IMG/VR virus record: IMGVR_UViG_3300045988_077113
Strand: one strand, 5' to 3'
Length of the DNA: 50,745 bases
Source of the DNA: a virus
Both the position numbers and the translations under genes were made by a program. Under the pieces are notes generated by a model that saw only the letters and a program-made list of their open reading frames with translations, was not told the origin of the DNA and searched no databases. Positions 23,981-32,892 of this stretch are shown in pieces. Positions within the stretch are counted from its first letter, which is position 1, and every line of letters starts with the position of its first letter.

Positions 23981-25597
23981 TTGAATATTTTCGACAAAGC
24001 GGTCGAGATTGTCAACCCGTCCGCGGCACTCCGCCGGACACAAGACCGGTTCAAATTGCAAATGATCCGTTCCTTTCAAAATTCCGGGTATGACGAGTCG
24101 GGCGCTTCCAGAAATAAAAATTCTATGCGTGGATGGCTGGCAAACAGCAAGACACCACAGGAAGACATCGACAAGAACCTTCCAACCTTGCGGCAGAGAT
24201 CCCGAAGCCTTTATATGTCCGCGCCACTGGCGGTGTCGGCCATTAAGACAAACCGAACAAACATCGTCGGCCAGGGCTTACAGTTAAAAAGCACGATCGA
24301 CGGCGACTATCTGGGAATGAGCCGCCAGGAAAAAGAGCGCTGGCAGAAGGACGCGGAACGCGAATTCGCCTTGTGGGCGGACTCAAAGTTTTGTGATTCT
24401 ACCAGGGTAAACAATTTTTACGAGATCCAACAGGTCGCGTGTATGTCCTGGCTGATGAATGGCGACGCTTGCGTCCTTTTAGAGTACGACAAGCCCTATA
24501 AATTTTACCCGTATGGCCTACGAATTCACCTGATCGAAGCAGATCGCATAAGCACGCCACACCAGACCGGAAACAGCGTGTATTTGTACGCCACGGATCC
24601 AAACACCCACAACCGGATTTATAACGGCGTGGAAGTGGACGATTCCGGGAAAATCGTCGCCTATCACATTTGTAGCACCTACCCGAACAGCACACTTCGG
24701 GCGGAAAAGAAATGGACAAGGGTAAAAGCCTTCGGAGATAAGACCGGATCCCCGAACGTGCTTATGATTTACGAGACGGAACGCGCGGAACAGTACCGCG
24801 GCGTCCCGTATCTGGCGCCGGTTATCGAAGCGTTGAAGCAGTTGACGCGGTACAGTGAAGCCGAAATGATGGCGGCCGTTATCAATGGTTTTTTTACCGT
24901 CTTTATTACATCGGAGAACGGGACGTCGGACATCGGGTTCGGCGGCGTTGTGGATGACGAAGACAGTGTTTCCAGTGATCCGACAAGCTATGAACTAGGC
25001 CCTGGCATGGTGAACGTCTTAAATCCGGGCGAAAAGGTCGAGATTGCGGACGCGAAACGACCGTCAACGAATTTCGACGCCTTCGTGACGGCCCTTGCGA
25101 AGTATGTCGGGGCCGCGCTTGAAATTCCGGTCGAACTTCTGACGAAATCCTTTACTTCCAGCTATTCCGCTTCCAGGGCGGCACTTCTGGAAGCCTGGAA
25201 GGCGTTTCGAATGAAAAGAACCTGGTTAGCGGCTGATTTATGCCAGCCGATTTATGAAATATTCCTGACGGAAGCAATCGCAACCGGACGCCTGAAAGCG
25301 CCCGGTTTTTTCCTGGATCCGATGATTAAAAAAGCCTATTGCGGCGCACAGTGGAACGGGCCTAGCCAGGGAATGATTGATCCAGTGAAGGAAGTCGCGG
25401 CGGCAGAAAAACGAATCAATGTCGGACTTTCAACCAGGCAGAAGGAAACCGTCGAACTGACCGGCGGCGACTTTGAAGCAAATATCGCGCAACTTGCAAG
25501 GGAAGGCGAAATGATGAAGGAAGCCGGCCTTGTATCAGTTCAGAGCGCGGAAACAATCACAGAAAAGGAGAAAAAGGAAGATGGAGAAGAAGACTAA
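23981..25597 (+). CDS. Portal protein (lambda gpB family)
   Basis: Size and position fit. TTG start after gagaaaggcggtgcaaaa. N-terminus NIFDKAVEIVNPSAALRR. Confidence 0.8.
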   Translation: MNIFDKAVEIVNPSAALRRTQDRFKLQMIRSFQNSGYDESGASRNKNSMRGWLANSKTPQEDIDKNLPTLRQRSRSLYMSAPLAVSAIKTNRTNIVGQGLQLKSTIDGDYLGMSRQEKERWQKDAEREFALWADSKFCDSTRVNNFYEIQQVACMSWLMNGDACVLLEYDKPYKFYPYGLRIHLIEADRISTPHQTGNSVYLYATDPNTHNRIYNGVEVDDSGKIVAYHICSTYPNSTLRAEKKWTRVKAFGDKTGSPNVLMIYETERAEQYRGVPYLAPVIEALKQLTRYSEAEMMAAVINGFFTVFITSENGTSDIGFGGVVDDEDSVSSDPTSYELGPGMVNVLNPGEKVEIADAKRPSTNFDAFVTALAKYVGAALEIPVELLTKSFTSSYSASRAALLEAWKAFRMKRTWLAADLCQPIYEIFLTEAIATGRLKAPGFFLDPMIKKAYCGAQWNGPSQGMIDPVKEVAAAEKRINVGLSTRQKETVELTGGDFEANIAQLAREGEMMKEAGLVSVQSAETITEKEKKEDGEED

Positions 25598-26807
25598 ACC
25601 GGCCCGGTTTACGAACGCCGTTCCGGCCACAGCTTCCCAGGCGAACAACAAATTCTGGAATTTCGTTGATTCCGGCGGCGACAGTGCGGAATTACAGTTA
25701 TTCGGGACAATTTCGTCCGAAGAAGATTGGTGGAGTGACGATTGCGTCACATACCGGAATTTCATCAATGAATTAAAGGCCCTGGGCGACAAGAAGAACA
25801 TTAACGTCCTGATCCAGTCGGGCGGCGGCGATGTATTCGCGGCAAATGCCATTTATACCGCCCTGATTCAGAACAAAGCGACAATCACGGCGACCGTGAT
25901 CGGTCTTTGCGCCAGCGCGGCGACAATTATCCTTCAGGCCGCCAGCACACGCCGGATCGCAAAGAACGGCGTCCTGATGGCCCACAATCCCAGCGTAACA
26001 CTTTATGGATCTTATACATCCGCGCAGTTGGCAAAGCTGGCAGAAGTTACGGACAAAGTAAAAGAAAGCATTATGTCCGTATATCGCGACCGCCTGGGAA
26101 AGACGGACGATGAAATCAAAGAATTGATGAACAATGAAAGCTGGTACGTCGGCCAGGAAGCGATCGACAATGGTTTTTGTGATGAACTGATCGAAGACAG
26201 TTTTCAGAATTCCTACACGGACAAGAATGTCCTGACAGCGAACGGGATCGGATATAATTTCAAGAATTTTGTAAATACATTCGCGCCCGATGAAGTTCGG
26301 AAGAAGGTTCAGAATCTTTCTAAAACGCCGCAGAAAGAAACCGGAACTTTTTCAAATACACCAACAACACAGAAAGGAAATAGTGAAATGGGAATGACAC
26401 CAGCAACGGCGGCGCCGGCTATCCAGGACGCCGCACAGTTAAGAACCGCTTATCCCGATTTTGTAAATCAGATCGTGGAAGAAGCAATCAAGGCAGAACG
26501 TGACAGACTCAAAGACATTGATTCTATCGCGAACGGTATTCCGAACGACGTTTTGATGAAAGCGAAGTACGAAGAACCACTTTCCGCCGCAGATCTGGCC
26601 CTTGCACAGTTACGCGCAAACAACCAGGCCGGACAGAAAACATTAAACAACCTTACCGACGACCTGGCAAACTCCGGCGCTGGAAGCGTTGGAACCGTTC
26701 CGAATGTTGGAAACGACGGCGGAAGCCAGCAGAAGGCCGAACAGAGAGAAGCCAAAGTCGGCGGTTTAGTCAACGCCTTAAAGGGCGACAAGAGAAGGGG
26801 GAAATAA
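25581..26807 (+). CDS. ClpP/S49-type prohead protease fused to scaffold region
   Basis: INVLIQSGGGDVFAANAIYTALI...GLCASAATIILQA resembles the ClpP family. The C-terminal half is low complexity and helical. Confidence 0.8.
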   Translation: MEKKTKPARFTNAVPATASQANNKFWNFVDSGGDSAELQLFGTISSEEDWWSDDCVTYRNFINELKALGDKKNINVLIQSGGGDVFAANAIYTALIQNKATITATVIGLCASAATIILQAASTRRIAKNGVLMAHNPSVTLYGSYTSAQLAKLAEVTDKVKESIMSVYRDRLGKTDDEIKELMNNESWYVGQEAIDNGFCDELIEDSFQNSYTDKNVLTANGIGYNFKNFVNTFAPDEVRKKVQNLSKTPQKETGTFSNTPTTQKGNSEMGMTPATAAPAIQDAAQLRTAYPDFVNQIVEEAIKAERDRLKDIDSIANGIPNDVLMKAKYEEPLSAADLALAQLRANNQAGQKTLNNLTDDLANSGAGSVGTVPNVGNDGGSQQKAEQREAKVGGLVNALKGDKRRGK

Positions 26808-26808
26808 T

Positions 26809-27198
26809 ATGCAGTTATTCAACAAAAACGAAGGCACATTCACACCGGACGCGCTGATCGTTTCCCCTGATTTCCCGATCCTGACAGGGGGAATCGGCCT
26901 GAAACGCGGCCAGGGAGTATTGAAACGCGGAACCGTGATCGTGAAGGGAACTGACAAGAACGGCTATATCGCCGGAACAACGGTTTCTTCCGTGACAATG
27001 AAGGAGTTCGGTATTCTTACCGACGACGTGGACACCGGATCCGCCGCCGAAGGCGACAATATTCCGGTAGTATGCTATATTACCGGCCATTTCAACCGCG
27101 GCGCCGTTGCGGTTAAGGCTGGCGCAACTATCGACACTTACGAGGACGAGTTGAAAGGAATCGGGATCCACCTTGCAAACGTCCAGAAATACGAATAA
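26809..27198 (+). CDS. Head decoration protein (gpD-like)
   Basis: 129 aa, immediately upstream of the gpE-like capsid gene. Confidence 0.6.
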   Translation: MQLFNKNEGTFTPDALIVSPDFPILTGGIGLKRGQGVLKRGTVIVKGTDKNGYIAGTTVSSVTMKEFGILTDDVDTGSAAEGDNIPVVCYITGHFNRGAVAVKAGATIDTYEDELKGIGIHLANVQKYE

Positions 27199-27213
27199 GG
27201 GGGTAAGAAGACA

Positions 27214-28245
27214 ATGCCTGATTATACAACCCGTGAAATGATGGACGCGATCGACCAGACGCCGCCCGTCCGCACATTTTTACAGAAGACCTTTTTCCCT
27301 GGCGAGGAAACCCATGTCACAGAAAAGGTAGAATTTGACGTGAGAAAAGGAAAACGCGTCATGGCGCCGCTGGTAAGCCCTAGAGTCGGCGGAAAAGTAA
27401 TCACACGCCAGGGCTTCCACACAAACAGCTTCACTACACCAAAAATCGCGCCGGAAAGACCGCTGACCGTCGATGATGTTTCTAAACGCGCGATCGGTGA
27501 GAATGTTTACAGCCAGAGAACACCGGAAGAACGCGAGGACGAACTTCTTTCTAAGGACATGACAGACCTGGAAGAAGCAATCGCAAGAAGAAAAGAGTGG
27601 ATGTGCCGCCAGATCCTCTATGAAGGAAAAATTGACGTGGTGGACGAGGAAGAAGGCGTTGACGTTCAGGTCGATTTCGGCTTTTCGAACATTACTGTCC
27701 TGGGAGCCGATCAGGACTGGGCGCTTGCGACCGTCAATCCACTTCCTACCCTTCGCCAGATCAGAAAGAAAATCATCAAGGCGACCGGAAAAGCCCCGGA
27801 CATTGCGATCTTTTCTTCCGACGTGATCGAGAAGTTCACAACGAACCCGTTCGTCGAAAAAGCTATGAATATGCTGAACATGAAGAACATCGTGATTGAA
27901 CCGCGTGTCGTGGATCCGGCCCTTACTTTTTACGGCCGTATCGCGGAACTTGACCTTGATATTTACACCTACGACGAGTGGTTCTTAAATGACGAGGGTG
28001 AAGACGAAGCGATGATCCCGGACGGAACCGTCCTGATGGGCCATTCCGACGGCGAAGGCCAGATCGAGTATGGAGCAGTTACCCAGATGGAAGACAAGAA
28101 GTTCCAGACTTACGAAGGACGCCTTGTTCCGAAGCAGTACGCCGACGAGAAAAACGAGGTTAAAATGCTTCGCCTGACTTCCAGGCCGCTTCCGCGTCCG
28201 TTTGATGTGGAGTCCTGGGCGGTTATCTATGTAAACAGATCTTAA
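27214..28245 (+). CDS. Major capsid protein (lambda gpE family)
   Basis: The N-terminus TREMMDAIDQTPPVRTFLQKTFFPGEETHVTEKVEFDVRKGKRVMAPLVSP is characteristic of the gpE family. Confidence 0.85.
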   Translation: MPDYTTREMMDAIDQTPPVRTFLQKTFFPGEETHVTEKVEFDVRKGKRVMAPLVSPRVGGKVITRQGFHTNSFTTPKIAPERPLTVDDVSKRAIGENVYSQRTPEEREDELLSKDMTDLEEAIARRKEWMCRQILYEGKIDVVDEEEGVDVQVDFGFSNITVLGADQDWALATVNPLPTLRQIRKKIIKATGKAPDIAIFSSDVIEKFTTNPFVEKAMNMLNMKNIVIEPRVVDPALTFYGRIAELDLDIYTYDEWFLNDEGEDEAMIPDGTVLMGHSDGEGQIEYGAVTQMEDKKFQTYEGRLVPKQYADEKNEVKMLRLTSRPLPRPFDVESWAVIYVNRS

Positions 28246-28263
28246 TGAAGGGAGTGTCAACAG

Positions 28264-28662
28264 ATGGCATACAGAACAAAAGTTGAAGTTCGGACAAATG
28301 GCAAGGTTTACGCGCCCGGATCCATTCTTCCGACCGATATGTCAAAAATCGACCTGGATTTTCTGAAAAAAAGAAAATTCATCGAGTTAGTGGAGATCGA
28401 CGAGCGCGTGGCCGCCGCCGATGAAATCGAGGAAGACGACGAGGACGGGGCCGACGGCGATATGTTCGACGAACTGGCCCTTGGCGGCTATAAAAGCGCC
28501 GATGAAGTAAGAAAGATTCGCACAAAGAAGGAACTTTACGCTTACGCGCTTTCAATCGGCCTTGACCTGGGCGACGATTACGAGGAAAGAAAAGTGGGCG
28601 ATCTGGCCGATGAAGTAATCAATTTCCAGGAAGAAAAAGAAGCCGAAGCGGCCGCGGAGTAA
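28264..28662 (+). CDS. Hypothetical acidic head-associated protein
   Basis: ORF in the head module. No family recognised. Confidence 0.5.
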   Translation: MAYRTKVEVRTNGKVYAPGSILPTDMSKIDLDFLKKRKFIELVEIDERVAAADEIEEDDEDGADGDMFDELALGGYKSADEVRKIRTKKELYAYALSIGLDLGDDYEERKVGDLADEVINFQEEKEAEAAAE

Positions 28663-28673
28663 GGGCCGGAGCC

Positions 28674-29000
28674 ATGAAGTCGTTTAAGGAACAGCTTGAA
28701 AAAGACCTTGACAGTGTTTTCTTCAACATGAACGAATTCGCAGAAACCCACATGATCGACGGAAAAGAAGTCCCCATTGTCCTGGATAATGACCGCATTA
28801 TCGAGTTGAGCATGGGAAAAACCGTCGAGACACGCGGAATCTTCACGGACGACATTCTGTTCTTCGTGCAGAAAAAAGACCTGGATTATGAGCCGGTCGC
28901 CGGCCAGCACATGGAATTTGACGGCGAAATGTACCCGATTTCCGATGTGAAGGAAGACTTCGGCGGCTACACCATTATTTTAACGGGGAACCAGGATTGA
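28674..29000 (+). CDS. Putative head-tail connector protein
   Basis: Position only. Confidence 0.4.
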   Translation: MKSFKEQLEKDLDSVFFNMNEFAETHMIDGKEVPIVLDNDRIIELSMGKTVETRGIFTDDILFFVQKKDLDYEPVAGQHMEFDGEMYPISDVKEDFGGYTIILTGNQD

Positions 29001-29584
29001 TCGTCCAGAAAATCGAAGTCACGGGAATTGAGGACGTCGAAAAGCGTCTGGGAAATCTGAAATCGAAGGCGCCGCTGGTCGTTGCCAGGGCGATCAACCG
29101 CGCGACTACCAACGCCAAAAAGAACATGGCGAAGGAAACTTCGGGGAAGTATTTCGTTTCCAGTGGCGACGTGAAGAAAACAATCACAGTCACAAAAGCG
29201 ACAAAATCCAGCCTAAAAGCCGCGGTTATTTCGAACGGAACCGGGATCGCCCTTTCAAAGTTCAAGGTAAGTCCCGGAACACCCGTCCGGTATCGCGGAA
29301 AAAACAGATCCCCAAAGGTCTACAAGGCCGGAGTTGAGAAAGCCGGCGGCGTGAAGCCATTAGACGGCGATCCGAAGTCGTTTATCGCGATTATGAAATC
29401 CGGCCACAAGGGCGTTTTTACACGTACCAGCGGCCGAAGCCTTCCGATCAAGCAGTTATATGGCCCGTCTGTTCCGCAGATGATAAAAAATGAAAAAATT
29501 ATGAAGGCTATTAACGACGACGCGAACGAAACGCTTCAAAAGCGGATTGACGCGGAGATCGCGAACCTGTTACGGAAGGGGTAA
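28997..29584 (+). CDS. Putative head-tail/tail completion protein
   Basis: Position only. TTG start overlaps the upstream stop. Confidence 0.4.
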   Translation: MIVQKIEVTGIEDVEKRLGNLKSKAPLVVARAINRATTNAKKNMAKETSGKYFVSSGDVKKTITVTKATKSSLKAAVISNGTGIALSKFKVSPGTPVRYRGKNRSPKVYKAGVEKAGGVKPLDGDPKSFIAIMKSGHKGVFTRTSGRSLPIKQLYGPSVPQMIKNEKIMKAINDDANETLQKRIDAEIANLLRKG

Positions 29585-29587
29585 GAA

Positions 29588-30055
29588 ATGCAGACAGACA
29601 TTTTTTTACAGAAAGCCCTTGTCGATGAAGTGAAGGACGTTCTGAAAGGCTACACCACATTGAACAACGGGGAACCCGTGAAATTCAATGTATATCCGCA
29701 GAATTTACCGGCGAAGAAAGGAAAAAATGACGACGATCATTTTCCTTATGTCCTGGTGTGCCTTGACGAAGAAGTGATCCAGGAAGAAGAAAGCGACAAT
29801 ATTTGTTCGATTTACTTCCTGGTCGGCCTGAACGACAAAAACGAGAACCGGCAAGGCCATTTTGACGTTGCAAATGTTCTGAACCTGATTTCAGAACGAT
29901 TTTTGAAGAAGCGGCTGATTGCAGACCGTTTCAGAATTCAATTCCCGGTTTCAAAAAAGTTCCAGGAAGACGACACCTGGCCGAAATTCTTCGGCGGCAT
30001 GACGACTTTGTGGACGGTAAACAAACCGATGATAGAGGAGACAGACTATGACTAA
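29588..30055 (+). CDS. Putative tail completion protein
   Basis: Position only. Confidence 0.4.
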   Translation: MQTDIFLQKALVDEVKDVLKGYTTLNNGEPVKFNVYPQNLPAKKGKNDDDHFPYVLVCLDEEVIQEEESDNICSIYFLVGLNDKNENRQGHFDVANVLNLISERFLKKRLIADRFRIQFPVSKKFQEDDTWPKFFGGMTTLWTVNKPMIEETDYD

Positions 30056-30311
30056 TAAAAAAGTTATGTATATGGGGCCTACTTTGCGCGGCGTGGCAAG
30101 AAGCGGATCCGTTTTCGAAAACGGACTTCCGGCGAACCTGTCTAAACTGGCAGAAAAAAAGCCCATCATTAAAAACCTGATCGTTCCGCTGGCTGAAACA
30201 GTGGAAACAAAGAAAGCAATCGACACGGAAGGAACGGCCGAAGCCGTGGCATACGACAAGATCGAAGCCCTTTCCAGAAGTGAGATTGAAAATATCCTGA
30301 AAGGAGAGTAA
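30048..30311 (+). CDS. Hypothetical protein (87 aa)
   Basis: ORF immediately upstream of the sheath gene. Confidence 0.45.
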   Translation: MTNKKVMYMGPTLRGVARSGSVFENGLPANLSKLAEKKPIIKNLIVPLAETVETKKAIDTEGTAEAVAYDKIEALSRSEIENILKGE

Positions 30312-30316
30312 AAGCA

Positions 30317-31789
30317 ATGTCTAATTACAAACATGGTATTAGAACCGGCCGTCAGGCGACCGCGATTTCAACTCCGGTTACTTCTGACGGCTGTATTCAG
30401 TGTGTAGTCGGAACCGCGCCGGTCAACCTGGCCGCCGATCCTTACGACACAGTGAACAAACCGTTCGCGTGTCTGAAAAAAGAAGACGCAGTAACTGCCC
30501 TGGGCTATTGTAGCGACTTCGCAAATTACACACTTTGTCAGAGCGTTTACGCGACATTCAACATTTTTGCGGTTGCGCCGCTGATCCTGATTAACGTCCT
30601 GGATCCAAAGAAGCACGTCAAGGCGTCTGTTTCTAAGACCTACACGGTCGAGGGTGGAAAGATTGTGATTGATGAAGAAGGAATCCTTCTGGATCAGTTA
30701 AAGATCGCGAACGAAGACGGAACAACGACCTACAAGGTCGATGAAGATTATGTCGCTTCCTTCACTTCTGACGGAACCGTGACCGTTTCCATCGTGAAGA
30801 CCGGAGCGGCAAAATCTGAAAAGAGTCTGAAAGCGTCCTTCGTTCAGTTGGATCCTTCCGCGGTAACTTACGAAGACGTGATCGGTTCCATTGACGTGTC
30901 CACGAAGAAGAAAACTGGCCTGGAACTGGTAAACATGGTTTACCCGAAATATGGCTATGTTCCTTCTTTGCTTCTGGCCCCTGGCTGGTCGCACGTTCCG
31001 GCCGTGGCCCTGGCCCTGGACGCGAAGGCGTCTTCTGTTTCCAGCCTTTTCACCGGAAAAGTGGTGATGGACGTCGATTCCGCAGAGGGAAAGGCGGATT
31101 CCATCGACAAGGTGAAGGAATTTAAGGACAACAACGCCATTTCCAGCCGCGGCGAAATCGTTATGTGGCCGATGGTAAAGGTCGGCGACTATAAACTGTA
31201 CTATTCCGCCATGATGGCCGCGAATTTGCAGTATTTAGCCGCAAACAACAACGGCGTTCCGTCCCGTTCCCCGTCCAACAAGGACGCGAAGATCACCGGC
31301 TTATGCCTGGCGGACGGTTCCGAAGTCCTTCCTGATATGGACGAAGCAAACGATTATTGTAACGCTTGCGGAGTCGTTACCGCTATCAATATGAACGGCT
31401 GGAAGAACTGGGGCAATAATACCGCGGTTTATCCGTCTTCCACGGATCCGATCGACCGCTGGATCAACATTGTAACAATTTTTGACTACATCGAAAACAA
31501 TTTCAAACTTACATTTTTCGAGAATGTGGACGACCTGACGAATTACCGCCTGATCGACGAGGTTGTTTCCGGCTTCAATATGCAGTTGAACGGTTTACAG
31601 GGATCCGACGACATCGCCGGCGGCGAAATCACTTTCAACCACGACGAAAACCCGATTGCAAATATCCTGAACGGTTCTATTAAGTTCCACACGAAGATCG
31701 GCGGATATACGCCGGCCGAAGATATTTACAACGTCTTCGAATTTGATCCTACCATCACACAGAGCGCACTTGAAGGGGGTGGCGAATAA
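30317..31789 (+). CDS. Tail sheath protein
   Basis: 490 aa directly upstream of the tube gene. The N-terminus HGIRTGRQATAISTPV is typical of sheath proteins. Confidence 0.8.
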   Translation: MSNYKHGIRTGRQATAISTPVTSDGCIQCVVGTAPVNLAADPYDTVNKPFACLKKEDAVTALGYCSDFANYTLCQSVYATFNIFAVAPLILINVLDPKKHVKASVSKTYTVEGGKIVIDEEGILLDQLKIANEDGTTTYKVDEDYVASFTSDGTVTVSIVKTGAAKSEKSLKASFVQLDPSAVTYEDVIGSIDVSTKKKTGLELVNMVYPKYGYVPSLLLAPGWSHVPAVALALDAKASSVSSLFTGKVVMDVDSAEGKADSIDKVKEFKDNNAISSRGEIVMWPMVKVGDYKLYYSAMMAANLQYLAANNNGVPSRSPSNKDAKITGLCLADGSEVLPDMDEANDYCNACGVVTAINMNGWKNWGNNTAVYPSSTDPIDRWINIVTIFDYIENNFKLTFFENVDDLTNYRLIDEVVSGFNMQLNGLQGSDDIAGGEITFNHDENPIANILNGSIKFHTKIGGYTPAEDIYNVFEFDPTITQSALEGGGE

Positions 31790-32304
31790 TGGGCTATAAG
31801 ATTCCGACAGTCTTAAACAACTTCAACAGCTACGGAGCCGGCCACAAGTACGTCGGGGTTTCCAACGAAGTAACACTTCCGAACTTCGAGTATATGACAG
31901 AAACTATCGACGGGGCCGGAATTGCCGGCGAAATCGAAGAAGCAATCGAAGGCGCTTTCGGTTCCTTAGAAACGGAAACAACCTTCGGCAATATCAGCCG
32001 TGAATACTTCGATTTCATTACCCAGACCGGACAGATCACTTACCGTGGATCTATGCAGGTATTAAATACCGCAACCCAGACAAACGATTTTGAAAGTATT
32101 GTCGTAACGACGAAGGGAAAAGTCAAGGCGTTTGACCTGGGATCTTTGAAGAAGGGCGGCAAGGGCGAACCGAAAGTCACCCGTGAAGTTACTTACTGCA
32201 AGATCACAATCGCCGGAAGTACCGTCCTGGAACTTGATAAATACAACATGATCTGGAAGCTGAACGGCGTTGACCGTTTACAGAAAGTAAGAAGCCAGAT
32301 CTAG
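31789..32304 (+). CDS. Tail tube protein (P2 FII-like)
   Basis: NFNSYGAGHKYVGVSNEVTLPNFEYMTETIDGAGIAGEIE matches the FII-family pattern. Confidence 0.75.
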   Translation: MGYKIPTVLNNFNSYGAGHKYVGVSNEVTLPNFEYMTETIDGAGIAGEIEEAIEGAFGSLETETTFGNISREYFDFITQTGQITYRGSMQVLNTATQTNDFESIVVTTKGKVKAFDLGSLKKGGKGEPKVTREVTYCKITIAGSTVLELDKYNMIWKLNGVDRLQKVRSQI

Positions 32305-32323
32305 GAAAGAGAGGAAATAAGCA

Positions 32324-32728
32324 ATGACAGAGAACAAAGAGCAGAAAAGAGAAGACATGATCGGCGGCGATGAAATCGCAGTCGTTCCGGCAAACGAGGA
32401 AATCGCCGACACCCTTCTTCCGAAGAAGGAAGAAGAAGACGAGTTGATCGTCAAATTCAGAAAGCCCTACAAATTCGAGGACGACACGTTCACAGAATTA
32501 GATCTTCACGGGCTGGAAGATCTGACCGGACGTACATTGACGGCCATCGAAAAGGCTTTCAACAAGACCGGTGTATCTAGCTTCGTACCTGAAAGCACAA
32601 CCACATACGCGAAGATCGTCGCTACAAAAGTGACCGGACTTCCGGCGGAGTTTTTCGAAGATCTTCCGGCCGCAGAGATCCAGAAGATTAAAAACGCCGT
32701 TGTGGGTTTTTTATACAAAGACGAGTAA
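32324..32728 (+). CDS. Tail assembly chaperone (P2 gpE-like)
   Basis: Located between the tube and tape-measure genes. Slippery heptamer near the 3' end. Confidence 0.7.
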   Translation: MTENKEQKREDMIGGDEIAVVPANEEIADTLLPKKEEEDELIVKFRKPYKFEDDTFTELDLHGLEDLTGRTLTAIEKAFNKTGVSSFVPESTTTYAKIVATKVTGLPAEFFEDLPAAEIQKIKNAVVGFLYKDE

Positions 32729-32892
32729 GGCACGATTCCGGGGCCGACATTCAAAAAACGGCCGTCCATCTTGCGATGGCAACAAACACCGGAATAGATT
32801 TTTTCACAGATCTTCCGCTTGACGAGTATATCGACATAGCAAAGGAAGTGAGCGAAATTGGCAAAGAAAACAAGCTACGAACTGGCGCTTGA
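32324..32892 (+). CDS. Predicted -1 frameshift extension of the chaperone (E+E'-like)
   Basis: T TTT TTA at 32707..32713. The -1 frame stays open for 59 sense codons (32713..32889) to TGA at 32890..32892, overlapping the tape-measure start. Confidence 0.55.
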
